DNA of 64,000 bases from Minisyncoccota bacterium (GCA_035627655.1 DASPLI010000001.1:259355-323354); one strand, 5' to 3'. Positions 46,251 through 55,153 are shown, counted from the first letter of the stretch. Numbers and translations: made by a program. Notes: generated by a model not told the origin, from the letters alone.

Positions 46251-47023
46251 CCGTACGAAACACTCTAGAGCGTGGGCGTATCGTTGAGGCCGGCCGCCGG
46301 CTTGGCGTGGTGCTTGAAGCAGTGTCGCAGAAGGTTGCGCCCGGGGTAACGACCCGTGAGCTTGATCAGCTTGCCGAGCAGTTGATTCGTGCAGAGGGTG
46401 ATGTGCCGGCCTTTAAGGGCTACACCCCAGAAGGCGCACCTCGGCCGTACCCGGCAGCGCTTTGTGTGTCGGTAAACGACGAGGTTGTGCACGGCATTCC
46501 AGGAGATCGTAAGCTCGTGGAAGGCGATATCGTGTCACTTGATCTTGGCCTCGTGCACGAAGGGCTGATCGTGGATTCGGCTGTCACGGTGCCTGTTGGG
46601 AAGGTGAGTGAGACGTCGCTCAAACTTATGCGAGCAACCGAAGCGGCGCTCGCTGCAGCAATTGCCGCTGCGCGCCCGGGCGGGTATGTCGGTGATATTG
46701 CACACGCAACAGAAACGGCATTTTCCGGTACCGGATTTTCCGTCGTGAAGGTGCTTGGTGGACACGGTGTTGGCACTGCAGTACACGAGGAGCCGTACAT
46801 TCCAAACGCTGGCAGGGCAGGCACGGGAGAGAAGTTAGTTGAAGGCATGGTGCTTGCGCTTGAGCCGATTGCAAACGAAGGAAAAGCGGGAGTCGTGCTT
46901 GCAAGCGACGGCTATACGTATCGCGCGAAGGACGGATCGCGTTCCGCGCATTTTGAGCACACGATTCTCCTTGAGGGGGATGGCGCCATCATCTTGACGC
47001 GTCGTCCGAGCGAAGTGGCGTAA
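46247..47023 (+). CDS. map: Methionine aminopeptidase type I
   Basis: Pita-bread fold metal ligands; ATG overlaps adk stop. Confidence 0.9.
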   Translation: MTVRNTLERGRIVEAGRRLGVVLEAVSQKVAPGVTTRELDQLAEQLIRAEGDVPAFKGYTPEGAPRPYPAALCVSVNDEVVHGIPGDRKLVEGDIVSLDLGLVHEGLIVDSAVTVPVGKVSETSLKLMRATEAALAAAIAAARPGGYVGDIAHATETAFSGTGFSVVKVLGGHGVGTAVHEEPYIPNAGRAGTGEKLVEGMVLALEPIANEGKAGVVLASDGYTYRAKDGSRSAHFEHTILLEGDGAIILTRRPSEVA

Positions 47024-47078
47024 GGAACGGCTTTCCGCTATACTCCGGACATATAAGAGCCTTAGGGCTATTTTTCGT

Positions 47079-47687
47079 ATGGTACATCCACACCCGGCAA
47101 CCGAGCGTACGTTCGTCATTCTGAAGCCTGATGCGGTCCAGCGCGGACTCATCGGCGAGATTATCAAGCGCTTTGAGCGCGTGGGCCTCAAGGTCACGCA
47201 CCTCTCATTTCAAATGCTTGACCAGAAGCGCGTAAACGAGCATTACGGCAAAGAAGACGAGTGGTATTTGCGTAAAGGAAACGGCATTATCGAGAACCGC
47301 AAGGCGCACGGCCTCCCAGTGGAGAAGGATGCGCTTGAGTACGGCAAGGACATCATCCGCGTCGTCGAGGCGTACATGATCTCTGGTCCGGTAGTCATCC
47401 TCGTATTGCAGGGGAATCAGGCGGTTGCGGTGGTGAAGAAGCTGGTTGGTTCAACCGAACCGACGACCTCAGACGTTGGTACGATCCGCGGTGATTTTAC
47501 GCTCGACTCGTACAGCATCTCTGCGCTTGATGATCGCGGTATCCGCAACCTGATTCACTGCTCGGACTCTCCGGAGGAAGCAGAGCGCGAGATCAAGCTC
47601 TGGCTTACGGAAGACCAGATCCTCAAGTACCGCCTCGTCTCCGAACAGATTCTCTACGACGTGAACCTCGACGGGATCATGGAGTAA
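47079..47687 (+). CDS. ndk: Nucleoside diphosphate kinase with ~45-aa insertion
   Basis: FVILKPDAVQRGLIGEII, NLIHCSD (catalytic His). Confidence 0.8.
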   Translation: MVHPHPATERTFVILKPDAVQRGLIGEIIKRFERVGLKVTHLSFQMLDQKRVNEHYGKEDEWYLRKGNGIIENRKAHGLPVEKDALEYGKDIIRVVEAYMISGPVVILVLQGNQAVAVVKKLVGSTEPTTSDVGTIRGDFTLDSYSISALDDRGIRNLIHCSDSPEEAEREIKLWLTEDQILKYRLVSEQILYDVNLDGIME

Positions 47688-47690
47688 GGA

Positions 47691-47720
47691 AAACGGCCTG
47701 AAATCGGGCCGTTTTTCGTA
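47691..47720 (+). terminator. Intrinsic terminator after ndk
   Basis: AAACGGCC-TGAAATC-GGGCCGTTT + TTCGTAT. Confidence 0.75.
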
Positions 47721-47941
47721 TCCACACGACCTTCATAGCTGCGCGGTATACTAAGTGTAGGCCGCTTCGTATAAACGCAACTTGCTCTCTTTCAGGGAAT
47801 CCTACATTCAGGCGTCTCGGGTGAACATTTCATGCTCTAACGGGCGCCATGCGGATACCCACGTGGCATACAAAAGTTGCCACACGCGGAGCGGCTCTGA
47901 GACATCCCGCCTTAGAAAAGGGCGGGATTTCTCATGCTAGG

Positions 47942-48313
47942 ATGATCCTATCTATGCGTTTTCCGTGGCTTATTGCGGCGCTCTTGTTCGCCGCACTCCT
48001 CTCACTGTTGCAGCATTGGGCGCTCGCCGATTTTCTGTACTGGCGCTATGTCTGGTTTGACGTGCCGATGCACTATCTTGGTGGCGTGGCGCTCGGCTCA
48101 TTCTTGATCGCGCTTTCGCCGCAGTTTCGGCCGCGTGTGTACTTGCTTGGCATCATCATTTTGATTATCGGATGGGAGGTGTTCGAGTACATTTTTGGTC
48201 TTCCGCGCGAGCATAACTACGTACTTGATACGTCGATCGACCTTCTTATGGGAACCCTGGGAGCGCTGACGACTTATATCATCGCCCGTCGAACGTTATG
48301 GCGCTCCGTCTAA
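47942..48313 (+). CDS. Small polytopic membrane protein
   Basis: ATG 47942; hydrophobic. Confidence 0.4.
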   Translation: MILSMRFPWLIAALLFAALLSLLQHWALADFLYWRYVWFDVPMHYLGGVALGSFLIALSPQFRPRVYLLGIIILIIGWEVFEYIFGLPREHNYVLDTSIDLLMGTLGALTTYIIARRTLWRSV

Positions 48314-49689
48314 CGACTTACGGAGGAGCCGAGACAGTCACCGGCTCCAACTTTCTTGTCGAAGGAAGTCACGGCAAGGTGTTGGTTGATTGCGGTATTG
48401 AACAGGGGAAAGAGTATGCGGAGCGGCGAGCGTATGAGCCGTTTCCCTACGATGTCTCATCTATCGACGCGCTTGTGATTACGCACGCGCACCTTGATCA
48501 TGTCGGGCGTGCGCCGCGACTCGTGCGCGAGGGATTTCGCGGCAAAGTGTACATGACCGCGCCAACGCGCGATCTTACCGCTGCCATTCTTCATGACAGC
48601 ATTGCAATTCTTGCAGATAACGCTCGCAAGCATAACCTTCCGGTGCTCTATGAAGCGCATGACGTAGAAACCTTGCTCTCGCATATCGTGGTCGTGCCGT
48701 ATCGCAAGGAGACGGAAATAGCGCCAGGACTGACGATGCTTCTTCGCGACACCGGGCACATTCTTGGATCAGCGAGTGTTCGCTTGCGTGACGAGGATGG
48801 GAGTACGCTTGCTATCACGAGCGACATCGGCAATTCGCCTGCGCTCCTCCTGCCGGATGCAGAGCCGGTAACTGATGCGAGCGTCGTGCTCATGGAGAGT
48901 GTGTACGGAGACCGGGAGAACCCGGAGAAGGCGCATCGGGAAGAGAAGCTTCGAGATACACTCAAGGCTGCGATTGCGCGCGGCGGCACCATTCTCATGC
49001 CAGCGTTCTCCATAGAGCGCACGCAGCTCATGCTCTACGAGATTTCGCGCATGTTTACGGAAGGCCAGCTGCCGAAAGTTCCGGTCTTTCTGGACTCGCC
49101 GCTTGCGATTTCCGTTACCGATATCTATCGATCGTGGGGAGGGGAGTATTTCAATACTGAGGCGAAAAACGAAATGCATGCCCATGACCTGTTCTCGTTT
49201 CCGTTTCTGCATATGACGCGTTCGCGCGAAGAATCGCAAACCATCGGCCACGAGCCGGATCCAAAGATCATCATCGCGGGGGCGGGCATGAGCCACGGCG
49301 GTCGGATAGGGAGGTGGGAAGTGCGCTACCTGCCCGACCCAAAGACGACGCTCATTTTGGTTGGGTACCAGGCGCCGGGAAGTCCGGGACGCATGATGCA
49401 GGATGGGGCGAAGAAGGTACGAATTGACGGCAAGGAGGTAAAGATCCGAGCGACAATTGAAACCCTGCACGGATGGTCTGGACACGCAGACCGTGACGGA
49501 CTCCTCCGGTTTGCCGAAGCGTGTACGGGCGCGAAAGCATTCATTGTCGGAATAGGGGAGCCGTCCTCTGCCCGGTTTCTCGCCCAAAGAATCCATGATT
49601 TTGTAGGAAAAAAGGCCGTAGTTCCCGTCTCTGGCGAGACGTTCGAGATCACCCCGGCCGGTCTGGTTCGAGGAGAGTTCCGTGCTTGA
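48298..49689 (+). CDS. beta-CASP family MBL-fold RNA-metabolising hydrolase
   Basis: THAHLDHVG (HxHxDH), beta-CASP motifs, C-terminal RMMBL-like region. Confidence 0.75.
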   Translation: MALRLTTYGGAETVTGSNFLVEGSHGKVLVDCGIEQGKEYAERRAYEPFPYDVSSIDALVITHAHLDHVGRAPRLVREGFRGKVYMTAPTRDLTAAILHDSIAILADNARKHNLPVLYEAHDVETLLSHIVVVPYRKETEIAPGLTMLLRDTGHILGSASVRLRDEDGSTLAITSDIGNSPALLLPDAEPVTDASVVLMESVYGDRENPEKAHREEKLRDTLKAAIARGGTILMPAFSIERTQLMLYEISRMFTEGQLPKVPVFLDSPLAISVTDIYRSWGGEYFNTEAKNEMHAHDLFSFPFLHMTRSREESQTIGHEPDPKIIIAGAGMSHGGRIGRWEVRYLPDPKTTLILVGYQAPGSPGRMMQDGAKKVRIDGKEVKIRATIETLHGWSGHADRDGLLRFAEACTGAKAFIVGIGEPSSARFLAQRIHDFVGKKAVVPVSGETFEITPAGLVRGEFRA

Positions 49690-49727
49690 CAGCCTCTTCC
49701 CTATCAGTTAGTGTAGATTATACACTA
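49686..49727 (+). promoter_or_regulatory. pnuC promoter (TTGACA-N17-TAGTGT) overlapped by 21-bp palindrome TTAGTGTAgATtATACACTAA
   Basis: TAGTGT-N7-ACACTA at 49709-49727 overlapping -10. Confidence 0.55.
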
Positions 49728-49740
49728 ACAAATAAGGCTT

Positions 49741-50436
49741 ATGACTATCCGCGCACTTCTGGGAACCAAGCACGATGTCCTCGAGCAGACCTATGTTGCC
49801 CTTGCCATGCTCGTGGTGACGTTTCTCTACGAGGGCATCACCGCTTACGCCATTCCTGGCTTTACGTTCAACATCTATGAAGCAGTCGGTACCTGGACAG
49901 GTCTCGTCTGTGTCTGGCTTTCACGGACGCGTAACATCCTGTGCTGGCCGTGGGGGATTGTGAGTGCGCTCTCGCTCGGGTTCTTCTTCTCCCAGATTGG
50001 TCTTCCTGGGCAGCAGTGGCTCAACTGGGTCTACTTCATGATCATTCAGCTGTGGGCATGGCCGCACTGGGCCTTTGGCGGAGCGGATAAGACCGAACTT
50101 CCGGTAACAGAGCTCTCCTGGAAAGGGAAGGTGCTGACAGTTCTCGCGATCCTCGCTGGTACCGCACTCGTCTACTACGCGATCGGCTACTTTGCGCCAG
50201 GTTCCTTCCATCCGCTGCTCGACGCTCTGGTCGTCGCCTCAAGCGTGGTTGCGCAGTACCTGCTTGGTAAGAAGAAGGTGGAGAGTTGGATTCTCTGGCT
50301 GGGACCGGTGAACCTGGTTTCGATCGTGCTCTTTGCGATGGCAGGCGCGTATACAGTTGCCGCCCTCTACCTCGCATTCTTTATCCATGCGATCTTCGCG
50401 CTTGGTGCGTGGACGAAGGCGAAGAGCCATGTATAA
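49741..50436 (+). CDS. pnuC: Nicotinamide riboside transporter PnuC
   Basis: Blocks YEAVGTWTGLVCVWLS, QIGL...WLNW, VESWILWLGPVNLVSIVLFAMAGAY align with E. coli PnuC. Confidence 0.85.
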   Translation: MTIRALLGTKHDVLEQTYVALAMLVVTFLYEGITAYAIPGFTFNIYEAVGTWTGLVCVWLSRTRNILCWPWGIVSALSLGFFFSQIGLPGQQWLNWVYFMIIQLWAWPHWAFGGADKTELPVTELSWKGKVLTVLAILAGTALVYYAIGYFAPGSFHPLLDALVVASSVVAQYLLGKKKVESWILWLGPVNLVSIVLFAMAGAYTVAALYLAFFIHAIFALGAWTKAKSHV

Positions 50437-51400
50437 GCGCGGCCTCGTCATCGGCAAGTTCTATCCGCCGCATCGCGGGCATAAGTACCTTATCGATACC
50501 GCAGTCTCAAAGTGTGAGACGGTCACCGTCATCGTCTGCTGGAAGAAGAACGAGGTAATTCCAGGACCGCTTCGTGCCGACTGGATCCGAAAGATTCACC
50601 CGGGCGTCGAGGTGAAGGTAGTCGTCGACGACCATCTGTCCGATGACGACTCCAAGGGATGGGCGGAGGAGACTATTAAAGTGCTTGGGTATGTACCAGA
50701 CGCGGTGTTTACGTCAGAAGCGTATGGAGACCCCTACGCTTCCTATATGGGTTGCGTGCATGTGCTCGTTGATAAAGAGCGAGCAACCGTTCCCATCTCC
50801 GGCACGATGGTGCGAAGCGACCCGCAGCGCCATGGAGCGTTTCTCGAGCCGATCGTCCGTGCGTATTTCGCTAAGCGCGTCTGCGTACTTGGTGCAGAAT
50901 CAACCGGCACCACAACGCTTGCTCGCGCGCTTGCCGAGCACTACAAGACCGTTTGGGTGCCCGAATACGGGCGCTTCTACTCGGAAGGGAAGTTGTATGG
51001 CGGGGAAGAGGCTGCGTGGCGGAGCGAAGAGTTTACGGCCATTGCCGAAGCTCAGTGCGCACTTGAGGATTCGCTTGCAGAGGCAAGCACTGGCCTGGTG
51101 ATCTGCGATACGGACGCCTTTGCCACCAGTCTCTGGCACGAGCGGTATATGGGCACCCGCTCTCCTGCAGTCGAGGAGATCGCAGCCAAGCGGCAGTACG
51201 ACCTCTACCTTCTCACAGGGGATGAGATTCCATTTGAACAAGATGGAACCCGAGACGGGGAGCACATTCGCCACGACATGCATGCGCGGTTTATCGAGCG
51301 GCTCACGGAGGAGGGGAAACCGTACCTTCTAGTAACAGGAAGTAGGGAAGAGCGGCTTGCAGCAGCAGTTGCGGCGATAGATAAACTCCGAGCGGGCTAG
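50429..51400 (+). CDS. nadR: Bifunctional NMN adenylyltransferase / ribosylnicotinamide kinase NadR, lacking N-terminal HTH domain
   Basis: GKFYPPHRGHKYLID (HxGH) then Walker A VCVLGAESTGTTTLARALAEHY; overlaps pnuC stop. Confidence 0.85.
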   Translation: MYKRGLVIGKFYPPHRGHKYLIDTAVSKCETVTVIVCWKKNEVIPGPLRADWIRKIHPGVEVKVVVDDHLSDDDSKGWAEETIKVLGYVPDAVFTSEAYGDPYASYMGCVHVLVDKERATVPISGTMVRSDPQRHGAFLEPIVRAYFAKRVCVLGAESTGTTTLARALAEHYKTVWVPEYGRFYSEGKLYGGEEAAWRSEEFTAIAEAQCALEDSLAEASTGLVICDTDAFATSLWHERYMGTRSPAVEEIAAKRQYDLYLLTGDEIPFEQDGTRDGEHIRHDMHARFIERLTEEGKPYLLVTGSREERLAAAVAAIDKLRAG

Positions 51401-51415
51401 TGCTACTATGTGCAG

Positions 51416-51634
51416 ATGTTTGGCATCTTCAAAGGGCTCGATACCTTCCAGGGGGAGGATGAACATAAGAAACGTGTCGCCCGATCAACGCTGGGGGAGG
51501 CGGATGAGATTCTCCGCCGGGCCATTGCGGCAGGAGATCGCGGCGCAACCCTGACCCAACTCGAACGCGATATTCTCAAACATCATCACGGCGACGTGTT
51601 TGAAGAGGGCGGAGAAGGGAACAAGGCAGCATAA
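51416..51634 (+). CDS. Small hypothetical protein
   Basis: 72 aa helical ORF followed by terminator. Confidence 0.35.
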   Translation: MFGIFKGLDTFQGEDEHKKRVARSTLGEADEILRRAIAAGDRGATLTQLERDILKHHHGDVFEEGGEGNKAA

Positions 51635-51636
51635 CG

Positions 51637-51664
51637 AAAAAGGCCCCGTACGGGGCCTTTTCGC
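51637..51664. terminator. Bidirectional terminator (AAAAGGCCCCGTACGGGGCCTTTT)
   Basis: Perfect hairpin between convergent genes. Confidence 0.8.
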
Positions 51665-52011
51665 TAACCAACCTTGTCTGTGATCCGCTTGAAGACGGTG
51701 GGGTGCTTGGCGGCAACGGTTGCGAGAACCTTGCGATCAAGTACGACGCCCTGCTTCTTTAGCTTTGATACAAACGTGCTGTAGGACTTCTGTCCGTTCT
51801 CGCGGACCGCAGCGTTGAGGCGGACGATCCAGAGCTGGCGGAAGTCGTTCTTCTTATCGCGGCGGTGCGCAAAGGCATTGCGGCCTGCATGCACGAGCGA
51901 CTCCTTTGCGGCACGCTCCTTCTTCGAGCGGCCGTGGCGGTAGCCCTTGGCGCGCTTGAGCACGTTGCGGCGGCGCTTCAACGATATAACTCCTCCTTTG
52001 ACGCGTGGCAT
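51664..52011 (-). CDS. rplT: 50S ribosomal protein L20
   Basis: Canonical L20. Confidence 0.93.
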   Translation of the reverse strand: MPRVKGGVISLKRRRNVLKRAKGYRHGRSKKERAAKESLVHAGRNAFAHRRDKKNDFRQLWIVRLNAAVRENGQKSYSTFVSKLKKQGVVLDRKVLATVAAKHPTVFKRITDKVG

Positions 52012-52022
52012 ATGAAATTAGA

Positions 52023-52208
52023 TTACTTGCCCGGAAGGAAACGGCGGGTAAGGCGCTTGTTGAGCGTAAGGCTAACCGAGCGCTTCTTGGCGCCCTTCGT
52101 CCTGCCGCGTTCCTTGGCATTGAAATGGTCCTGACCCGACTTGCGAGCGATAAGCTTGCCGTTTCGGGTGACGCGGATCCTCTTGCTGAATGACTTATTG
52201 GTTTTCAT
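52023..52208 (-). CDS. rpmI: 50S ribosomal protein L35
   Basis: MKTNKSFSKRIRVTRNGKLIARKSG...; internal Met start. Confidence 0.85.
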   Translation of the reverse strand: MKTNKSFSKRIRVTRNGKLIARKSGQDHFNAKERGRTKGAKKRSVSLTLNKRLTRRFLPGK

Positions 52209-52800
52209 CGGTGTGTGTCGGTTTCTTCGCGGCCGCGGCATCACGCTCGATGATTCCGGCAAATCCCTTAGGAGACTTGGTAACCGGTTCGGCGATCTTG
52301 TACGCGTACGGTATGAGGAGCAGGAACTTCTCGAGCCGCTGCTTTAGGAAGGCTTCGTCCATGCCCTTGTAGCGCCCCTTGAGGAATAGCTCGGCACGCA
52401 CCCGATGCCCTTCGGCAAGCCATTCGGCCGCCTTTTTGGCTTTGAGGCGCATGTCGTTCTCCCCGGTGCCTACCTTGATCTGGACCTCCTTGGTCTCAGA
52501 AACCTTGGCTTTAGCCCTAGCAGCCCGTTCTTTCTTGCTTCGCTCGTACTCGAATTTACCATAATCAGCCACTTTAGCAACGGGCGGGACAGCATTCGGA
52601 GAAATCTCAATGAGGTCAAGCCCCTTATCCTGGGCGATTTTAAGGGCCTCATCAAAGGAAATGACTCCGAGGTTCTCTCCCTCAGAGCCAATAACGCGCA
52701 ACTCGGTTGCGCGGATCTCTCGATTGATACGGGTCTTATCAGTAGTCAAAGCGGTGTTGTGATGGACTGTAGCACGTAAATAGGTGTGCAGCAATAACAC
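52195..52800 (-). CDS. infC: Translation initiation factor IF-3 (start codon uncertain, likely non-AUG near TTDKTRINREIRA)
   Basis: INREIRATELRVIG...VISFDEALKIAQDKGLDLIEISPNAVPPVAKVADYGK canonical IF-3. Confidence 0.88.
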   Translation of the reverse strand: MLLLHTYLRATVHHNTALTTDKTRINREIRATELRVIGSEGENLGVISFDEALKIAQDKGLDLIEISPNAVPPVAKVADYGKFEYERSKKERAARAKAKVSETKEVQIKVGTGENDMRLKAKKAAEWLAEGHRVRAELFLKGRYKGMDEAFLKQRLEKFLLLIPYAYKIAEPVTKSPKGFAGIIERDAAAAKKPTHTDENQ

Positions 52801-52836
52801 CTGCCCTCGAATCGAGAGCAGGTGTTTGCTTTTTCG

Positions 52837-53136
52837 TTACTGCGGAGTCGGTGGGGTGGTGGTGGCGCTTGAGGTTGCCGCCGTTACGTCCTCACGGAAC
52901 TCTTCAAGCACATCCGCAAGCTCTTCAAGCGCATCCTGGCAAGCGTCTTCGTTCATTTCAGGGCCTTCGCACTTCTTTTCAATCTCCGCACGAACATCAA
53001 TCAGGTTTTCACGACCTTCTTCAAGCACCTGGTTCAGATCCTTGTTGTTGGCGTCGTTCCACATCATGCCAAGGAGCACGAGAATAACGACGGCCAACAG
53101 GGCCGCAATAATCCATCCGGTTCGATTTTGATTCAT
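52837..53136 (-). CDS. Small N-terminally anchored acidic protein
   Basis: 99 aa; one TM then acidic helical region. Confidence 0.4.
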   Translation of the reverse strand: MNQNRTGWIIAALLAVVILVLLGMMWNDANNKDLNQVLEEGRENLIDVRAEIEKKCEGPEMNEDACQDALEELADVLEEFREDVTAATSSATTTPPTPQ

Positions 53137-53258
53137 AGCTATGGTTAGTGAATAAACCTAGGATCGGTTCTACAGAATGGTGCATGAATCGGACATGAAG
53201 CATCTTTCATCATCTATGGTATTGTGCCCTCGGCTTGTTATTTGAAAGGAGCCAACCA

Positions 53259-54341
53259 ATGCCAACGGACGTAACGACTATCGTCCTGACCGGCGGCCCT
53301 TGTGGCGGGAAAACAACAGCGCTTGCACACCTTGAATGGGAACTACCGCGCCATGGCGTCCGGGTCATTACTGTCCCGGAGGCGGCACGGATGCTGATGT
53401 CTTCCGGCCTCATTCCGGCGCAGGTCGGATGGGGTGCATTTCAGGAAGCCATACTTCGTACCCAGCTTGCGCATGAGGATACGTTTCGCTCGCTTGCGTC
53501 TCGGTACGAGAGCGGGCCGACCGTCATGCTCTGCGACCGCGGAGCCATAGACAACCGGGCGTATGTTTCCGAAGAAGTGTTCCAGAATCTCTTGGACCAC
53601 GTCGGCGTGAAGCTTACGGAAGTGCGCGACAATCGCTACGACGCCGTGCTGCATCTGCTGACGGCGGCAAGTGGTGCGGAAGCGCACTATGTGCAGGACA
53701 ATGAGCGACTCGAGTCGCTCGAGGATGCGCGCCGTCTTGATCAGGCGACGCAGCATGCATGGGTCGGCCATCCGCACTTGCGGGTGATCGACAACTCAAC
53801 CGACTTTGAAGGCAAGAAGCAGCGCGTCCTTGATGAAGTGTTGCGCATTCTCGGGCTGCCCGTGCCGCTTGAGATCGAGCGTAAGTACATCATTGAACGC
53901 TGGGTCTTAAAGAAGCTTCCAGCGCATGCGCAGATGGTTGAAGTCGAGCAGTACTATCTCGACGGCAGCGGAGATGCGTATCAAGAGCGCATTCGCAGAC
54001 GCACGCAGCATGGCTGCTCCGTCTTCTATCGCACGTACAAAGTAAAAGTTGGTACCGGGGTCAATGAGGAGCGCGAATGGCGTATCACGGAAGAGGAGTT
54101 CAACCTTGAACGAGATACGCGCGCACTCACGCGGGTGTGCAAGAATCGCTGGTGCTTCCTCTATGAGCATCAGTACTTCGAGCTCGACGACTTCTCGCCG
54201 ATGGGACGCGATCTGTGCCTCATGGAGCTTGAACTAACCCACGAGCAGCAGACGCCCGTGTTTCCCGACTGGATGGGGAAGGTGATTGATGTCACCGATA
54301 ACCCGAGCTACGGGAATTACGCGCTCGCGTTTCCGGTCTAA
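53259..54341 (+). CDS. P-loop NTPase (NadR-kinase-like AAA_28-type) fused to C-terminal CYTH (triphosphate tunnel metalloenzyme) domain
   Basis: Walker A TIVLTGGPCGGKTTALAHL; CYTH signature EIERKYII at domain start; ATG 53259 after AAGGAG. Confidence 0.55.
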   Translation: MPTDVTTIVLTGGPCGGKTTALAHLEWELPRHGVRVITVPEAARMLMSSGLIPAQVGWGAFQEAILRTQLAHEDTFRSLASRYESGPTVMLCDRGAIDNRAYVSEEVFQNLLDHVGVKLTEVRDNRYDAVLHLLTAASGAEAHYVQDNERLESLEDARRLDQATQHAWVGHPHLRVIDNSTDFEGKKQRVLDEVLRILGLPVPLEIERKYIIERWVLKKLPAHAQMVEVEQYYLDGSGDAYQERIRRRTQHGCSVFYRTYKVKVGTGVNEEREWRITEEEFNLERDTRALTRVCKNRWCFLYEHQYFELDDFSPMGRDLCLMELELTHEQQTPVFPDWMGKVIDVTDNPSYGNYALAFPV

Positions 54342-54346
54342 GACTG

Positions 54347-54380
54347 AAGCCCGCACCGCAAAGGTGCGGGCTTTTCTTTG
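54347..54380 (+). terminator. Intrinsic terminator
   Basis: AAGCCCGCACC-GCAAA-GGTGCGGGCTT + TTCTTTG. Confidence 0.8.
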
Positions 54381-54397
54381 GGCTATACTTAAACCGA

Positions 54398-55153
54398 ATG
54401 AATATCTTCAAGAAGATCAACTCCATTACGGGAAAGTTGCCGCTTGCGGGTAATGAAGCGACGCGCGGCGTTATGCGCGAGGGCATCATCCGGGAGCCTG
54501 ATATAGAGAAGCGCATGAAGCGCATGGGGTTTGCGATGGGTTTTACGTCGGTCATGGTCATCTTCCATGCCTTTCAGGCGGATATGGGAGCTGAGAAGGG
54601 CCGCGAGCTCATGGAAGATTCGTACGAGCAGTTTCTCCAAGATGGCACGATCGATACTTCCGACCTGTCACAAGAAGCTGCAGCCGCATTCGCCTACATC
54701 TACGCGCTCGTCAATATCATGGTGGTCATTTCGCAGCTGTACGTGGCGTATCGCGCAGTCGCTGGCACTCGTTCACTGCTTGAAGAGAAGCAGCGAGCGT
54801 TTTTCGCAGAAATTGGTATTCATCCGGAGGGAAACAGCGACGTGGATACGCAGAAGTTGGTGCAGTATGTACTTGCGGCTGCTCGCGGAGATAAGCAGAA
54901 GCAGGACGTGCTCAAGATTGCGGTAGGGGAGAAGCCCATGCGACGACTGCTTGATGCGCTTACGCAGTCAGATCAGTGGGACACGCTTTCCATGTCTTAC
55001 GAAGAATTTGAAGCGATCATCGACCGTTTGTATAAGAACCAATGTCCGATCTATAACACCTACCCGCCCGGCAAGCCTCCCCGGATAGGCCTTCGCAATG
55101 CCGTAGAGCTTCTGGTTACTGGAGCTGCACAGGCCGTGATGCTCTCGATTTAG
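54398..55153 (+). CDS. Hypothetical protein
   Basis: 251 aa ORF with good coding appearance. Confidence 0.45.
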   Translation: MNIFKKINSITGKLPLAGNEATRGVMREGIIREPDIEKRMKRMGFAMGFTSVMVIFHAFQADMGAEKGRELMEDSYEQFLQDGTIDTSDLSQEAAAAFAYIYALVNIMVVISQLYVAYRAVAGTRSLLEEKQRAFFAEIGIHPEGNSDVDTQKLVQYVLAAARGDKQKQDVLKIAVGEKPMRRLLDALTQSDQWDTLSMSYEEFEAIIDRLYKNQCPIYNTYPPGKPPRIGLRNAVELLVTGAAQAVMLSI

